Part shown: piece after piece, positions 14,186-27,887 of the stretch
Numbering within the stretch: position 1 is the first letter of the stretch
How the letters are laid out: the number at the start of each line of letters is the position of its first letter
Assembly: GCA_964016885.1 (NCBI GenBank)
Contig: OZ024742.1
Location: forward strand, 183,458,001-183,522,000
Direction: 5' to 3'
Length of the DNA stretch: 64,000 bases
Origin: Eledone cirrhosa
Taxonomy: Eukaryota
The notes under the pieces: generated by a model
The model's database searches: none
Seen by the model: only the letters and a program-made list of their open reading frames with translations
What the model was told of the DNA's origin: nothing
Translations under genes and position numbers: made by a program

Positions 14186-14407
14186 GGTCAAACTGTACAT
14201 CAACCACATTGACCTTGCCAATCTGGGAGGGTCTGCAAAGGTCAAAGACACCGCCCCCACCTCCTGAAAATGAAAAGTTGACATGCGACTGACAGCATGC
14301 TATCATTACTCTCTCTCTCACTCTCTCTCTTTCACGTACACATAAGCATACACATAGTTTAGTACATTTGTGTGAATGGATATATGTGTATGCTTATTAT
14401 ATATATA

Positions 14408-14480
<73 letters not shown>

Positions 14481-14483
<3 letters not shown>

Positions 14484-14903
14484 AAAGTTCTATTTAAATT
14501 GTTGGGATACAACAAGCAAATATTTTTATAACTGATATAAAGCACTCAACAAATATTTGGAGTAAAAATACGATATTAACAAATAGAAACTATATTTATA
14601 AAACCATATTTATTTCATTATACATATTTCAAGGACACCAAGTTAAATTATGGTGTGCTTTCATCATATAAAATATAATATAGATCAGTTTTATAAATAA
14701 ATATTGACATACCCTTAAAAAATGCAACCATTACTGTTGGAAGCTCCCGGATAGTTTTAAGGGTATGTCAATATTTATTTATAAAACTGATCTATATTAT
14801 ATTTTATATGATGAAAGCACACCATAATTTAACTTGGTGTCCTTGAAATATGTATAATGAAATAAATATGATTTTATAAATATAGTTTCCATCTGTTAAT
14901 ATC

Positions 14904-14907
<4 letters not shown>
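14481..14907. mobile_element. Hammerhead-bearing repeat family A; long palindrome (arms 14568-14720 and 14755-14907), core mutated to ATGATGA
   Basis: ~153-bp near-perfect inverted arms with a 34-nt loop, flanked by (TA)n on both sides; homologous to 27173-27750, 31065-31240 and 32161-32340. Confidence 0.8.
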
Positions 14908-14965
<58 letters not shown>

Positions 14966-15649
14966 GCACACATATATACACATATGTACACACGCGCGCG
15001 CACACACAGACACAGAAATATATATATATATATCAAAATGTCACTAATATATTTATATACACATATATAGCAGACCTGTCAACTCCCCCCCCCCCCCACC
15101 GCCGTCAGACGGGGGAGATCTCCCACCCTTTTTGGAGCGGGCGAGAGATATTTTCTCTTGTAAAAATGGGTATAGCTTTCATTATGTAAAACTCTCCTTT
15201 TTGCCTCATTTCTCCTCGTTTTAGAGCACTTTTCATGGTACTCTGTTTGCGTTTTTAGAGGTTGGCAGGTCTGGTATAGTGGTGGTTTACCAGTTTCAGC
15301 ATTCAATGGTAACATGTGGTTCCGGCTAGAGATGTGGGATTCTACGTTTGCATGTTCACTAGTTTCGGTATCCACAGCAAGCAGAGTGTTACTAGTGATA
15401 AGAAGAGGGATCCAAGTATCAATATAACATCAATAGAATTTCATTCACACGTAATATATACAATTAGGAATGGTTTTCCGAAGGAGAATGGAAGAGAATC
15501 ATGGTTAAATAAAGTACTCCATTCCATACATTACTATAGAATGTTCATATTCATTTAATATAGAAATGAATTCTACAGGATTTCAAACGAATGAAAGAGT
15601 TCTAGTGCTGTAGAAACGATTTCCCTATGAAATATTTATATACAAAATG

Positions 15650-15977
15650 GTAAAGACCCCCTTCGGTCACGAATGACCGTGGGTTTGGGTTTAGCAACCA
15701 GAAAATTCCCCTCTGATGTACGAGATTGTGCAAGTTGTGTTTTTGTGGAAAGCCAGCAGTCACCCAGATATTCCAGTCTCCCCTTTCCACGCCACCGATG
15801 TTGTCCAAGAGAAAGGCGAAGGCTGAAAGCCTATACAGCTTGGTATCAATGACACCACAACTTATTATTTTTTTTCCAGCTGAGTGAACTGGAGTCACGT
15901 GAAATAAAGTGACTGGCTCAAAGACTCAACACACCTCCCGCTCCGGAACTCAAACTCACAACCACATGATTGTGAGA
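15650..15977 (-). mobile_element. Decayed SINE-like repeat
   Basis: Minus-strand B-box-like GAGTTTGAGTTCC followed by a CORE-like TGAGCCAGTCACTTTATTTCAC..CTCCAGTTCACTCAGCTG stretch. Confidence 0.5.
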
Positions 15978-16179
15978 GGTTCATGAAATATACGTCACCG
16001 CTCGCAACAGCTTTTTCAATCGTTAAGAGTCTCTACCCTATTTTATAGGCTATTTTAAGCAACTCACTATACTTACAGTTACTTTCTGCAGCTGAGCATA
16101 CTACATTTTGTATAAACCTTATATTCTCTCAGCGCTACGTAAGTTCGAAAGTTAGAGCTTCGCACACGATGTTCACACA

Positions 16180-16280
<101 letters not shown>

Positions 16281-16926
16281 GCGTGTGTGTGTGTTGAAAG
16301 AGAGAGAGAGAGAGAAGGGGAGAGTGTGTGCGTGAGTGTGTGTACGGTGAGATAGAGAGAGATAAATAGACACCGTGTTTGTCATCGTGAATATTTTGAC
16401 TTTTAGTTAAGATTGTTTGTGTTTGCGAGAGTGCTGATTATATCAGATCGTTTAGAATTGTTTTTGTCGTCTCTCGCTGTGTTAGGGGGACGGTGTGAAC
16501 TGCTTCATCATGAAGTAAAATAATATAAATTATTTAATTAATGAATATTATTCTAAGTAGATAATGTGACAGAGGTCATTGTAAAAAAAAGCAAAGAGAA
16601 AGAAAAGTTGTATACATAAAGGCAGGTAGAGAAAGACAAAGAACAAAAAAGATATCAAATAAAATTTCGTATTTATAATAAATCACAGATAAGCACTTTC
16701 CTTTATAGTATAATTTGTATATTTTTGTGTGCGTTACAATGAAGTCTGTTTCTAAAGAGAGTGATGAAAATAAAATCCCACATGCAAACGATATTTTCTT
16801 ATACCCTTTATATGTCTAGCTAGTCACCACATGAATGGAAAACATTGTTAGAATGTCAAAGAGTACAAAACTTTAGAGTTTTAACCTGAATTGGAAATAT
16901 TGTGAGAAAATGATAGTACAATCTAT

Positions 16927-18008
<1,082 letters not shown>

Positions 18009-19604
18009 GTCGGCACCTTACTGGAGGAGTACGAAAAGTTCACAGGGGCTAAGCTGAACCGGGACAAGTCGATCGGTTTGCAACTCGGCACGTGGAGGGG
18101 CAGACCGATGCCCTCCGATGGCGTCGTCGGACGCTGGACGGAGGGCCCGGTGAAGTTGCTCGGGGTCTGGTTCGGACCGGACCTCCAGGTGGAGAAAAAC
18201 TGGGCGGAGGTTACGAACAGAGTGTTTGCACTGACCCAGAAGTGGGCCAGTTGCAAACTATCCCTGAAAGGTCGGGCGGAGGCGGCGAACACTTATATAG
18301 CGTCCGTCATCTACTACCGCCTGACCGTAGTGCCCTGCCCAAAGGAAACCCTCACCAAGATGGAGCGCGCGCTCTTCCAATTCCTTTGGAAGAGGCGGGC
18401 TCCTATGGTGAGGAGATCCATCTGCTGTCAACACCCTTCGAAAGGAGGGCTGGGGATGCCGTGGCTAATGATGCGTAAACACGCATTAAGGCTACGGCAC
18501 CTCTACGTATTCCTCACCGGACAACCGGTGTGGGCCTCGTTTGTGAGACGAACCTTTCCCAGACTCGTCTCACTCACCGAGCTGCAATCCTGGGTCAAGC
18601 AAAGACCGAGAAAACTGGGCGCCTGGCACACTGAGTGTGCCCAGGCGCTCACCGCCCTCTGGCAGGCGGATCCGGTTATCAGTGGAGACTCCACCGCAAC
18701 ATTCTATAGAGGGCTGGTACGCAGCAGGTGCGACGACGCCCTCGGAGAAGCCCTAGACATGGAGGAGGACGAACTGGCCAGCCTGTTCGGTAGGACATTC
18801 AGCCCGGGACCTATGGACAACTTCCAGAAGTCCCTGGCCTGGCAGTGCTACCGAGGGGCTTTACCCGTTCGAGAAAGGCTCTACAGACACGGGTGCCCGG
18901 GTAGGGACCCCGCCAAAAAGATCTGTCCCAGATGCGTGTGCGACGAGGAAACCGTTGCACACGCATTGGTACACTGCTCGGGCGTAGCCGATCTGTGGGG
19001 CTATGTCGAACAACTGCTGTCAAGGGTGGGACCGATCCGGTTGACCACCGAGTCTATTGTAATGATCAAGCCGCCTCCCCCCTTCAAAGATGAAGCAGAG
19101 GCGGTGTTTCTGTGCGTAATAGCCATGGCGAAAGAGGTTGTATGGTGGACGCGTCTGAAAGGACTGAGGTCAGGCACCTTTCTCTCTGGCCAACAACTGG
19201 TCCGTTTCTTCCGATATCATTTCGGAAGAAGGATCAGGATAGAGAGAGAGGTGCTGCACCCCAGTCGTTTTTATGAAAGGTGGGTGAAAGTGGCGAGAAT
19301 GGCCCGTGTGAATGGGCCTTCTCTTTACATAAGCCTGTAGGTGGAAAAGAGGAAGGAACGAGGGAGCACCCCCTCTCTGTGCTCCTGAGGAAAAGGGTTG
19401 CACACTTTTTTCGGGGGTGTGTGCGACCCCCCAAGGCGCCTCCTCTCTATTGAGGATTTTGTTAAAAATTTTATTTTTTGTTATATCTTATTTTATTTTT
19501 ATATTTTGTTATTGCCTCCTCCTTATTGAGGACGCCTTTTTGTGTAAACTCCCCCCTTTGTACTTGTCCCACTTTTGATGCCCTAGTGGCAAATAAAAGA
19601 AACA

Positions 19605-19646
<42 letters not shown>
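18009..19646 (+). mobile_element. L1/Tx1-type LINE copy 2 (5'-truncated) with (TCTA)n tail
   Basis: Open frame to 19340 (KLSLKGRAE, GGLG, CCHC knuckle); same 3' UTR; tail ~19604-19646. Confidence 0.9.
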
Positions 19647-22195
19647 AGGTTCTAGCTGCGGATAGGAATAGGAAGGAAAGGGAGCTAATAGATAGAGTAG
19701 AAGAGGCAATTAGAAGCGGCGACGTGGCCAGAGTGCTAGCGTCGAGAACGGCTTTGAGCCAGTTTTTCGACGCGAAGCACGATGGCTGCGTTGTCCGAAG
19801 TAAAATACGTGCTCTAGGGAACGAGGGGACCAAAGCTGTTAGCTGGGCCCGCGTGACAGAGGCCAACAGTGGAACTAAATCCACCATCCGGTCTTTGCGA
19901 GACCTGGATGGACGGGCGATTCTTGAGCCTAAGCAGATGTGTGAGGCCTTTCAAAGGCACTTTGCCCGACTGTTCGGGAGGGGCGGGGAGCCGGTTGGGA
20001 ACGTGGACTTCGGTCCATACCTCGACGGCCTGCCGCGCCTCTCGGACAGGGAGGCGAAGTCCTGCGAGGAGCCGATTTCGGCCGCTGAGATAGAGGACGT
20101 GCTGAGCCAATGCGGCAAACGCAAATCCCCGGGTCTCGATGGTCTTCCTTACGAATTATATCTAGCTATGCCGGACTTGTTCCCCGATCTCCTCGAGGCG
20201 GTCTACTGCAACTGGCAACAGAACGGGAGAATTCCCTGTACTGTGACCAAGGGCGTAATCACGCTAGTGAGGAAGGACGAGAACAAGGGGGACGAAATAA
20301 GTAACTTCAGGCCCATAACACTGCTAAATACAGAGTTACAGATTTTGGCCAAGGTGCTAGCAAAGAGGTTGGCGCTTGTCGTGGGCAACCTGGTGGGAGA
20401 TGCGCAGACATGCGCTATCCCGTCCAGGTCCATCCATGACAACCTCCACCTCATGCGATACATCATAGAGAGGGTTGGGAACGAACCCGGCTTTGGTGGG
20501 GCTCTGATCAACTTGGATCAATCTAAGGCGTTCGATAGGGTCGACCATGGTTACCTGGATGCGGTGCTAGCGGCGGCAGGCTTCGGACCCGTTTTCAGGG
20601 GATGGATCACTGCTATGCACAGCAGCCGCATCTGCTCTAGGGTCAAGGTGAACGGCTACCTCTCGGAGCCGTTCAAAATCGCGCGGTCCATCCGACAAGG
20701 GTGCCCTCTCTCCTCCCTTCTGTATGTGTTGACTCTCGAGCCACTACTGCGGAAGTTGGAGTTGTTGCAGGGCATCCCTTTGGAACCGGGATTGCGGAAA
20801 GCGGTGTCGGCCTACGCCGATGACGTGACAGTAACGGTGTCGACGGCCTCCGAAATCGAGGCGGTCGGCACCTTACTGGAGGAGTACGAAAAGTTCACAG
20901 GGGCTAAGCTGAACCGGGACAAGTCGATCGGTTTGCAACTCGGCACGTGGAGGGGCAGACCGATGCCCTCCGATAGCGTTGTCGGACGCTGGACGGAGGG
21001 CCCGGTGAAGTTGCTCGGGGTCTGGTTCGGACCGGACCTCCAGGTGGAGAAAAACTGGGCGGAGGTTACGAACAGGGTGTTTGCACTGACCCAGAAGTGG
21101 GCCAGTTGCAAACTATCCCTGAAAGGTCGGGCGGAGGTGGCGAACACCTACATAGCGTCCGTCATCTACTACCGCCTGACCGTAGTGCCCTGCCCAAGGG
21201 AAACCCTCACCAAGATGGAGCGCGCGCTCTTCCAATTCCTTTGGAAGAGGCGGGCTCCTATGGTGAGGAGATCCATCTGCTGTCAACACCCTTCGAAAGG
21301 AGGGCTGGGGATGCCGTGGCTAATGATGCGTAAACACGCATTAAGGCTACGGCACCTCTACGTATTCCTCACCGGACAACCGGTGTGGGCCTCGTTTGTG
21401 AGACGAACCTTTCCCAGACTCGTCTCACTCACCGAGCTGCAATCCTGGGTCAAGCAAAGACCGAGAAAACTGGGCGCCTGGCACACTGAGTGTGCCCAGG
21501 CGCTCACCGCCCTCTGGCAGGCGGATCCGGTTATCAGTGGAGACTCCACCGCAACATTCTATAGAGGGCTGGTACGCAGCAGGTGCGACGACGCCCTCGG
21601 AGAAGCCCTAGACATGGAGGAGGACGAACTGGCCAGCCTGTTCGGTAGGACATTCAGCCCGGGACCTATGGACAACTTCCAGAAGTCCCTGGCCTGGCAG
21701 TGCTACCGAGGGGCTTTACCCGTTCGAGAAAGGCTCTACAGACACGGGCGCCCGGGTAGGGACCCCGCCAAAAAGATCTGTCCCAGATGCGTGTGCGACG
21801 AGGAAACCGTTGCACACGCATTAGTACACTGCTCGGGCGTAGCCGATCTGTGGGGCTATGTCGAACAACTGCTGTCAAGGGTGGGACCGATCCGGTTGAC
21901 CACCGAGTCTATTGTAATGATCAAGCCGCCTCCCCCCTTCAAAGATGAAGCAGAGGCGGTGTTTCTGTGCGTAATAGCCATGGCGAAAGAGGTTGCATGG
22001 TGGACGCGTCTGAAAGGACTGAGGTCGGGCACCTTTCTCTCTGGCCAACAACTGGTCCGTTTCTTCCGATATCATTTCGGAAGAAGGATCAGGATGGAGA
22101 GAGAGGTGCTGCACCCCAGCCGTTTCTATGAAAGATGGGTGAAAGTGGCGAGAATGGCCCGTGTGAATGGGCCTTCACTCTACATCAGACTATAG
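19647..22195 (+). CDS. LINE ORF2 reverse transcriptase + zinc knuckle (N-terminally truncated, uninterrupted frame of ~850 codons)
   Basis: KSPGLDG, FRPITLLN, LDQSKAFDRVDH, IRQGCPLS, YADD, GGLG, CPRC...H...C. The predicted start at 19478 lies in the UTR of copy 2 and is not the native start. Confidence 0.88.
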
Positions 22196-22460
22196 GTGAG
22201 GAAGATGAAAGACCAAGGGAGCACCCCTTCTCTGTGCTCCTGAGGAGAAGGGTTGCACACTTTTGTTCGGGGGTGTGTGCGACCCCCCAAGGCGCCTCCT
22301 CTCTATTGAGGATTTTGTTAAAAATTTTATTTTTTGTTATATCTTATTTTATTTTTATATTTTGTTATTGCCTTCTCCTTATTGAGGACGCCTTTTTGTG
22401 TAAACTCCCCCCTTTGTACTTGTCCCACTTTTGATGCCCTAGTGGCAAATAAAAGAAATA

Positions 22461-22514
<54 letters not shown>
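19647..22514 (+). mobile_element. L1/Tx1-type LINE copy 3 (5'-truncated, lacks the APE endonuclease) with (TCTA)n tail
   Basis: Complete RT domain, 3' UTR and tail ~22459-22514. Confidence 0.92.
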
Positions 22515-22802
22515 CTACTAAAAGTTGTGATTGCTTGCTTGCTTGTCTGTAATGTAATACAGCCAAAAGAGCACACAATGGGAAAATTCTTCGAAAGGTA
22601 GTTGACCCTGAAATGGGAATACAAATGGAATAAAACAAGTTTCGCGTAAATCGGAGCACTGGGGTTTTCTGGGCACCTTCATAAATAGCCAAAACGGTGC
22701 ATAATGGTAAAAATACTCCTGAAATGGGAATACAAACGGAATAAAACACGTTTTTCGGGTACCTTGAACTATTGATGACCCAACGGATCATGGGCAGTCT
22801 AG
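22511..22802 (+). mobile_element. Short non-autonomous Helitron-like element
   Basis: A|TCTACTACTAAAAG followed by (TGCT)n; internal direct repeat; 3' hairpin CCCA..TGGG then CTAG|T at 22799-22803. Confidence 0.65.
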
Positions 22803-23074
22803 TATTTAAAAAAAAAATCAACTACAATAATAGCAAGAACATAATATTTCATTTTCAATTTGAACCTTGAGGCCCCTCCAAACATGCCTTACCAACAGAC
22901 AACTGCGGCAGTTCAGGTAAAATACATCCCCTACAACACCTGCAGAAAATAACTTTTTCTCCCAAACAGAATAGTGCTTACCCAGTACTACGATTTTTGT
23001 AAGAGCATTATCGCAAAGAAAGCCTTCGTGGATCGCACAACTCCCAAGCTCTCTAGTTTCCCTAAGTGGAGACA

Positions 23075-24200
23075 ATTATTATTACTAGTCTTATTATTAT
23101 TGTTATTATTATTACTAGTCTTATTATTATTGTTATTATTATTATGGTTTATTTTTGTAAATCTCAAACACTTAAACGATTTGGATATTTTCGTTAGAAA
23201 GCAGTCAACATCAAGTTGACAAACGTCCCTCACTTCATCCTCTCCCGTGCCTTATATAGACAAGATGTTCTTAAAATCCTTGGTTCAATTCCGATTCTAT
23301 TTACAGTCCCAATGCTCCTATCACCACTGCGATCACTAAAACCTTCTTCCCCCACCACAACTTCCCAGCCTCTTCCTTCAGTGGCTCATACTTCGCCATC
23401 TTTTCATGCTTTTTATCCTTCACTCTACTATCTCCTGGATAGAGATATCGATAATTCGGGTCTCTTTTTTTCTTCTTGTTCACAACTAAGATGTCTGGCC
23501 CTTTGCCTCAATCATTCTATCGCATTGAATGAAGTCTCATAAAAGCTTAAATTCGTCATTCCCTAACACATCTTATGGTCTCAGCTAAGTTGCTATGTAT
23601 GACAAATCCACATTTCTCAGTTATCATCCAATGGATATATCTGGCAACATTATCATGGCATCTTTTGTATCTCGCTGTGCTAGCTTAACACATTCGCTTA
23701 CAATATGACTGACCATTTCGCCTGCTCTACACATTCGCTTACAATATGACTGACCATTTCGCCTGCTTAACACATTCGCTTACAATATGACTGACCATTT
23801 CGCCTGCTTAACACATTCGCTTGCAATATGACTGACCATTTCGCCTGCTTAACACATTCGCTTACAATATGACTGACGATTTCGCCTGCTTAACACATTC
23901 GCTTACAATATGACTGACCATTTCGCCTGCTTAACACATTCGCTTACAATATGACTGACCATTTCGCCTGCTTAACACATTCGCTTGCAATATGACTGAC
24001 CATTTCGCCTGCTTAACACATTCGCTTACAATATGACTGACCATTTCGCCTGCTTAACACATTCGCTTGCAATATGACTGACCATTTCGCCTGCTTAACA
24101 CATTCGCTTGCAATATGACTGACCATTTCGCCTGCTTAACACATTCGCTTGCAATATGACTGACCATTTCGCCTGCTTAACACATTCGCTTGCAATATAG
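23075..24200 (-). mobile_element. Decayed Dong/R4-like RLE retrotransposon 3' fragment with (TAA)n tail
   Basis: PGDSRVKDKKHEKMAKYEPL..LW..VVIGALG (RLE); LAQR..KR.HDNVARYIHW at ~23630-23684; (TAA)n on the minus strand at 23075-23145. Dong elements are known to target TAA repeats. Confidence 0.75.
23684..24198. repeat. 41-bp minisatellite, ~12.5 copies
   Basis: Unit CTTAACACATTCGCTT(A/G)CAATATGACTGACCATTTCGCCTG. Confidence 0.95.
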
Positions 24201-24217
24201 CCTACGGTTTCATCATT

Positions 24218-24258
<41 letters not shown>

Positions 24259-24589
24259 TATTATTATTTTTATATTTTCCTTTGATTTCGCTTTATGTGC
24301 AATGACTACCGAGTATCAACCAGAAACTTAGGACAAGCATCGTTGATTTTGATAGTTTTCAACAGCTTTTTTTTTTTGTTCCGTCCTCATTTTCACTGAG
24401 CAAGTCACATCACAAAAGTTGATAGGTAAATAAGTTTAGGAGTAGGGGGAGATAAAAAGAAGTATTAATGTGTATAAAAAATAGGAATTAATTTTGTTTC
24501 AAGGATATTTGAATAGTATTAAATATTAATTAAATTTGCTCTAAAAATTAAACAGGCGAGATTGTTTGACATATGTTACAAAGTAAAAA

Positions 24590-26275
24590 ATTAATGAAGT
24601 ATGTGGGCGGTACTTGCTAGAACTATCTTTTGGATTTCATAGATGCTAATTTTATCAGGTATGTTTTTTTAGAAACCTTTGAACACCTTTCTTTATGGCA
24701 TCTAGAGCTCCTATCACTACCCAACTAGTTTGTGTTTTAAGGTGCCACATTCTGTTTATCTCAATTTCTAGATCTCTATATTTAGCAAGTTTCTCATACT
24801 CTTTTGCTGACACATTTTTATCAGTCGGCACAGTCATGTTAATGAGTAAGTCGATCTTGATTTTTAAATCTTGAATAATACTATCAGTGTGGTTTTCCTT
24901 AAATATGATCTGTGTAGGTGGTAAAGTCCCAAAGGATTGTTGCTCCTTCAGTTTTAGTTACTGGTTGTGGTTTGTGTTCATACCAGTTTCTTCGTGTTCT
25001 GCATTGTATTTTTTTTACATATTATCCAGTGGATATATTGCCCCACCATATAATGTCTAATCTTATACTCAGTTGGGGATAGTGTGGGCATCCTGATGTT
25101 ATATGGTCAATTGTTTCAAGCTGTATGTCACATATCCTGTATTTAGAGCCTGCTCCATTTCTGAGAATATTTGCTTGATAATTCCTAGTAAAGAGGCTCT
25201 GATCCAGGGCAGCAAAAATAAAATCTTCTGTTTCAACTTTTAATCCTGAACTTCGTAGCCACTGATAGATTTGTGCTTGATCTACATCAACATCTGGGGT
25301 GCGAAGTGGGAATTGGCCGAGCAGAGAGTTTTCTTGCAATGTTTTTATACCTTCAAGCTTTGATTTGCTTCTGTGGATTGTTGCTGCCTTAGTCGGAATT
25401 AGGTCAGCTTCCTCATTTAGGTGTATGTCTTCTGTTTTTAGTTCTTTCCTGTACTTTCCTGCCTCTTTGAGTACTGAATGGAGTTTCTTTTAGTTTTCGT
25501 GTTCTCTTACTAACACCATTATCCATTCATTGGTATCGCTAGGTACGTTTGTAAGCCTGTTGTAGCTATTTTCTATGACAGTTCTAGTTGGATTAAACAT
25601 CCCCCCAACTCCTGTCTTGGCAAATATATACGATCTACGTCTGCCTTGGGTTGATGCATTTTGTTGGCTGTAAGGAGTTTTCGAGTTTTCGAGTCCATTC
25701 TTTGAAGATCGGGCAAGTTCTAATTGATGATTCTATTACTGTATTGTACCACCGGTTGAGCTAAGGTGTTTATAGTCTCGAAAAGATTTTTAGAATTTAG
25801 TTCAGTTTTCAGGATCAGCTTTACTCTTCTGTAATATTCTTTCCGTATTTTCTCCATTTGATTGTGTTTAATTTCATCACCTTCGTTTATGCCAAGATAT
25901 TTATAGATACCTTCTGGGTCTAACTCATGTATGGTTGTATCTATATCTAGTTTAACAGATTATGTTTTTGTTAGCTTTCCTCTTTTAAATGTTGCTTTGG
26001 CACATTTGTCAAGGCCAAATTCCATGCCAATATTATTGCTAAATTGCTTCAGAGTTGTTCGCTTGGTCGTTTTTAGCATACAATTTTAGGTCATCCATAT
26101 AAAACCAATGGTTAACGATCTAATTGTTTCTGTTTATCTTATACCCGTATCCTGTGTTGTTGAGCTTATTTGATATTGGAAAAAGAGCAAAGCAAAAGAG
26201 GGAGAGAGGGAGTCACCTTTGAATATTCCGTAATTAATTTTAATTTCATCTGACATTATGACTCCGTTGTTATGT
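24590..26275 (-). mobile_element. Second decayed Dong/R4-like element (RT, zinc knuckle, RLE)
   Basis: GIF.GDSLS and YMDDLKLYAKND (RT, ~26060-26230); WLRSSGLKVETE..AALDQ..ETIDHITSGC; PTDKNVSAKEYEKLAKYRDL..VVIGAL. Multiple frameshifts. Confidence 0.85.
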
Positions 26276-26309
26276 TTGAAGAAGAGGGCTGTACTCCATT
26301 TTGTCATGC

Positions 26310-26560
26310 TCGTAAAAAGTTAGTCTACACGCAGAGAAAAGTTATTCGACTAATTGACTTAAAGTCACTCAAGGACACACCTCAGCCTCTTTTCAACATG
26401 CACGATGTCTCCTCTGGGGATGTTACTATGATCTCTGCTCACCAGTGCTTGCACTCTCGACTCATACCAGGCCAAGCAGACCAAGTACACGGGTACTGCA
26501 TTTGAGCTCAGGAAGTTATATTTAAGATATTAAAAACTAATTCCACTACAACTTTTACGT
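26310..26560 (+). mobile_element. Possible CR1/Jockey-group LINE 3' remnant
   Basis: QRKVIRLI..L...QPL...DVSS resembles the post-RT region; highly decayed. Confidence 0.35.
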
Positions 26561-27172
26561 GTTTAACTTCAATTTGTGTATTTAACATATATATGTATAT
26601 TGTAAATGATGTATGACAAATGGCAATATCACTTATCTACAATTGCGACTTACTTACGAATATATTCAGTAATTGCTATGTAGATGTAACATAGTTGAAT
26701 GGATTGTATGTTATTGTCGTTTGCCTGATCAAGATCAGATGTCAGTGATCAATTTCCAGGGACAACCTTGTGTAGATTAGCAACTTACTTAAATTTGCTG
26801 CTGAGGTAAGGACACACTTGCAGATTTTATGTTATTTTATTTTTATTTTATATCGCACTAAAAAGGTTGGTAGTTAAACAGGTTTCCATTAGTTCACTTT
26901 ATTTTCTAGACCTCATACACAATAAGGCTACTCATCTGAGTGGCATAAAGTTATTTTAACTTTACTAGCCTTCCGACACAGATGGTATGGATGCTATTAC
27001 TGTTCGGTTTAAATTGTTGCACATTGATACCCGCAGGAAAGATATGTAAGAAAATAACAGAGGCCGACATATTCTCCCTCCTTTCGCTATCTTTTCTGAT
27101 GGGATAGAACTGACATCTTGCCACAAACACTCAGACAAACCCGCCTCATCGTTTCCTACTCTTATCCTACTC

Positions 27173-27752
27173 TTAATAAATAGAAACTATATTTATAAAA
27201 CCATATTTATTTTATTATATATATTTCAAGGGTACCAACAATTTTGGTACGCTCTCATCAGATAAAATACAAAATCTGTTTTATAAATGGTGACATACCG
27301 AAGAAACCAGACCTTATCGGTTCAGGTGAGCACTCGATGTTTAGGTTCACATCTGTAGCGAGGTGTAGAGCTAAACAGAGTGTAAATATAATAATACAAG
27401 GACGATTTGTTAAGCCTTCATTACGTGTATTGATTAATGACGCGCGTTTTGCATTACAACAGCAGAGGTCCGACGAGTTTTTGATTCCAGAGTCGGGCCA
27501 GATCGATATAGATCGAACCTTGAGCTAATCAATAGCGAAACGCGCGTCACCAATCAATAAACGTATGATAGCGTACCAAAATTTTGGTACCCTTGAAATA
27601 TATATAATAGAATAAATATGGTTTTATAAATATAGTTTCCATTTATTTAATATCATTGTATATTATACTCCAGAAAACTTGTCGAGTGCTCTGAATCAGT
27701 TATAAACATTTATATTTGTTGAATTACCAACAAATTGAATATCCCTTCTGCT
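27173..27752. mobile_element. Hammerhead-bearing repeat family A in inverted configuration with a nested inner inverted repeat
   Basis: Outer arms ~27173-27258 and 27565-27651; inner arms ~27423-27450 and 27534-27564; ends at a (TA)n run. Confidence 0.75.
27208..27269 (-). ncRNA. Minimal type I hammerhead ribozyme motif (family A, intact core)
   Basis: Minus strand: TATTTTAT-CTGATGA-GAGCGTACCAA/aattg/TTGGTACCCTT-GAAA-TATATA-TA-ATAAAATA. Perfect 8-bp stem I, 10/11-paired stem II, palindromic minimal stem III, AUA cleavage triplet. Confidence 0.8.
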
Positions 27753-27758
27753 TATATA

Positions 27759-27844
<86 letters not shown>

Positions 27845-27846
<2 letters not shown>

Positions 27847-27887
27847 CGAGCTGAGGATCCGCTAAGGTGAAACAATTGTTCTCAGTA
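27845..27887 (+). ncRNA. Minimal type I hammerhead-like motif (different family)
   Basis: TACGAG-CTGAGGA-tCCgctaaGGt-GAAA-CAATTG-TT-CTCaGTA; palindromic stem III, weak stem II; in a ~70-bp island between (TA)n runs. Confidence 0.6.

Noticed and set aside
23684-24198. CRISPR array
   Set aside because: Pure tandem 41-mer with no spacers; derived from a LINE coding sequence.
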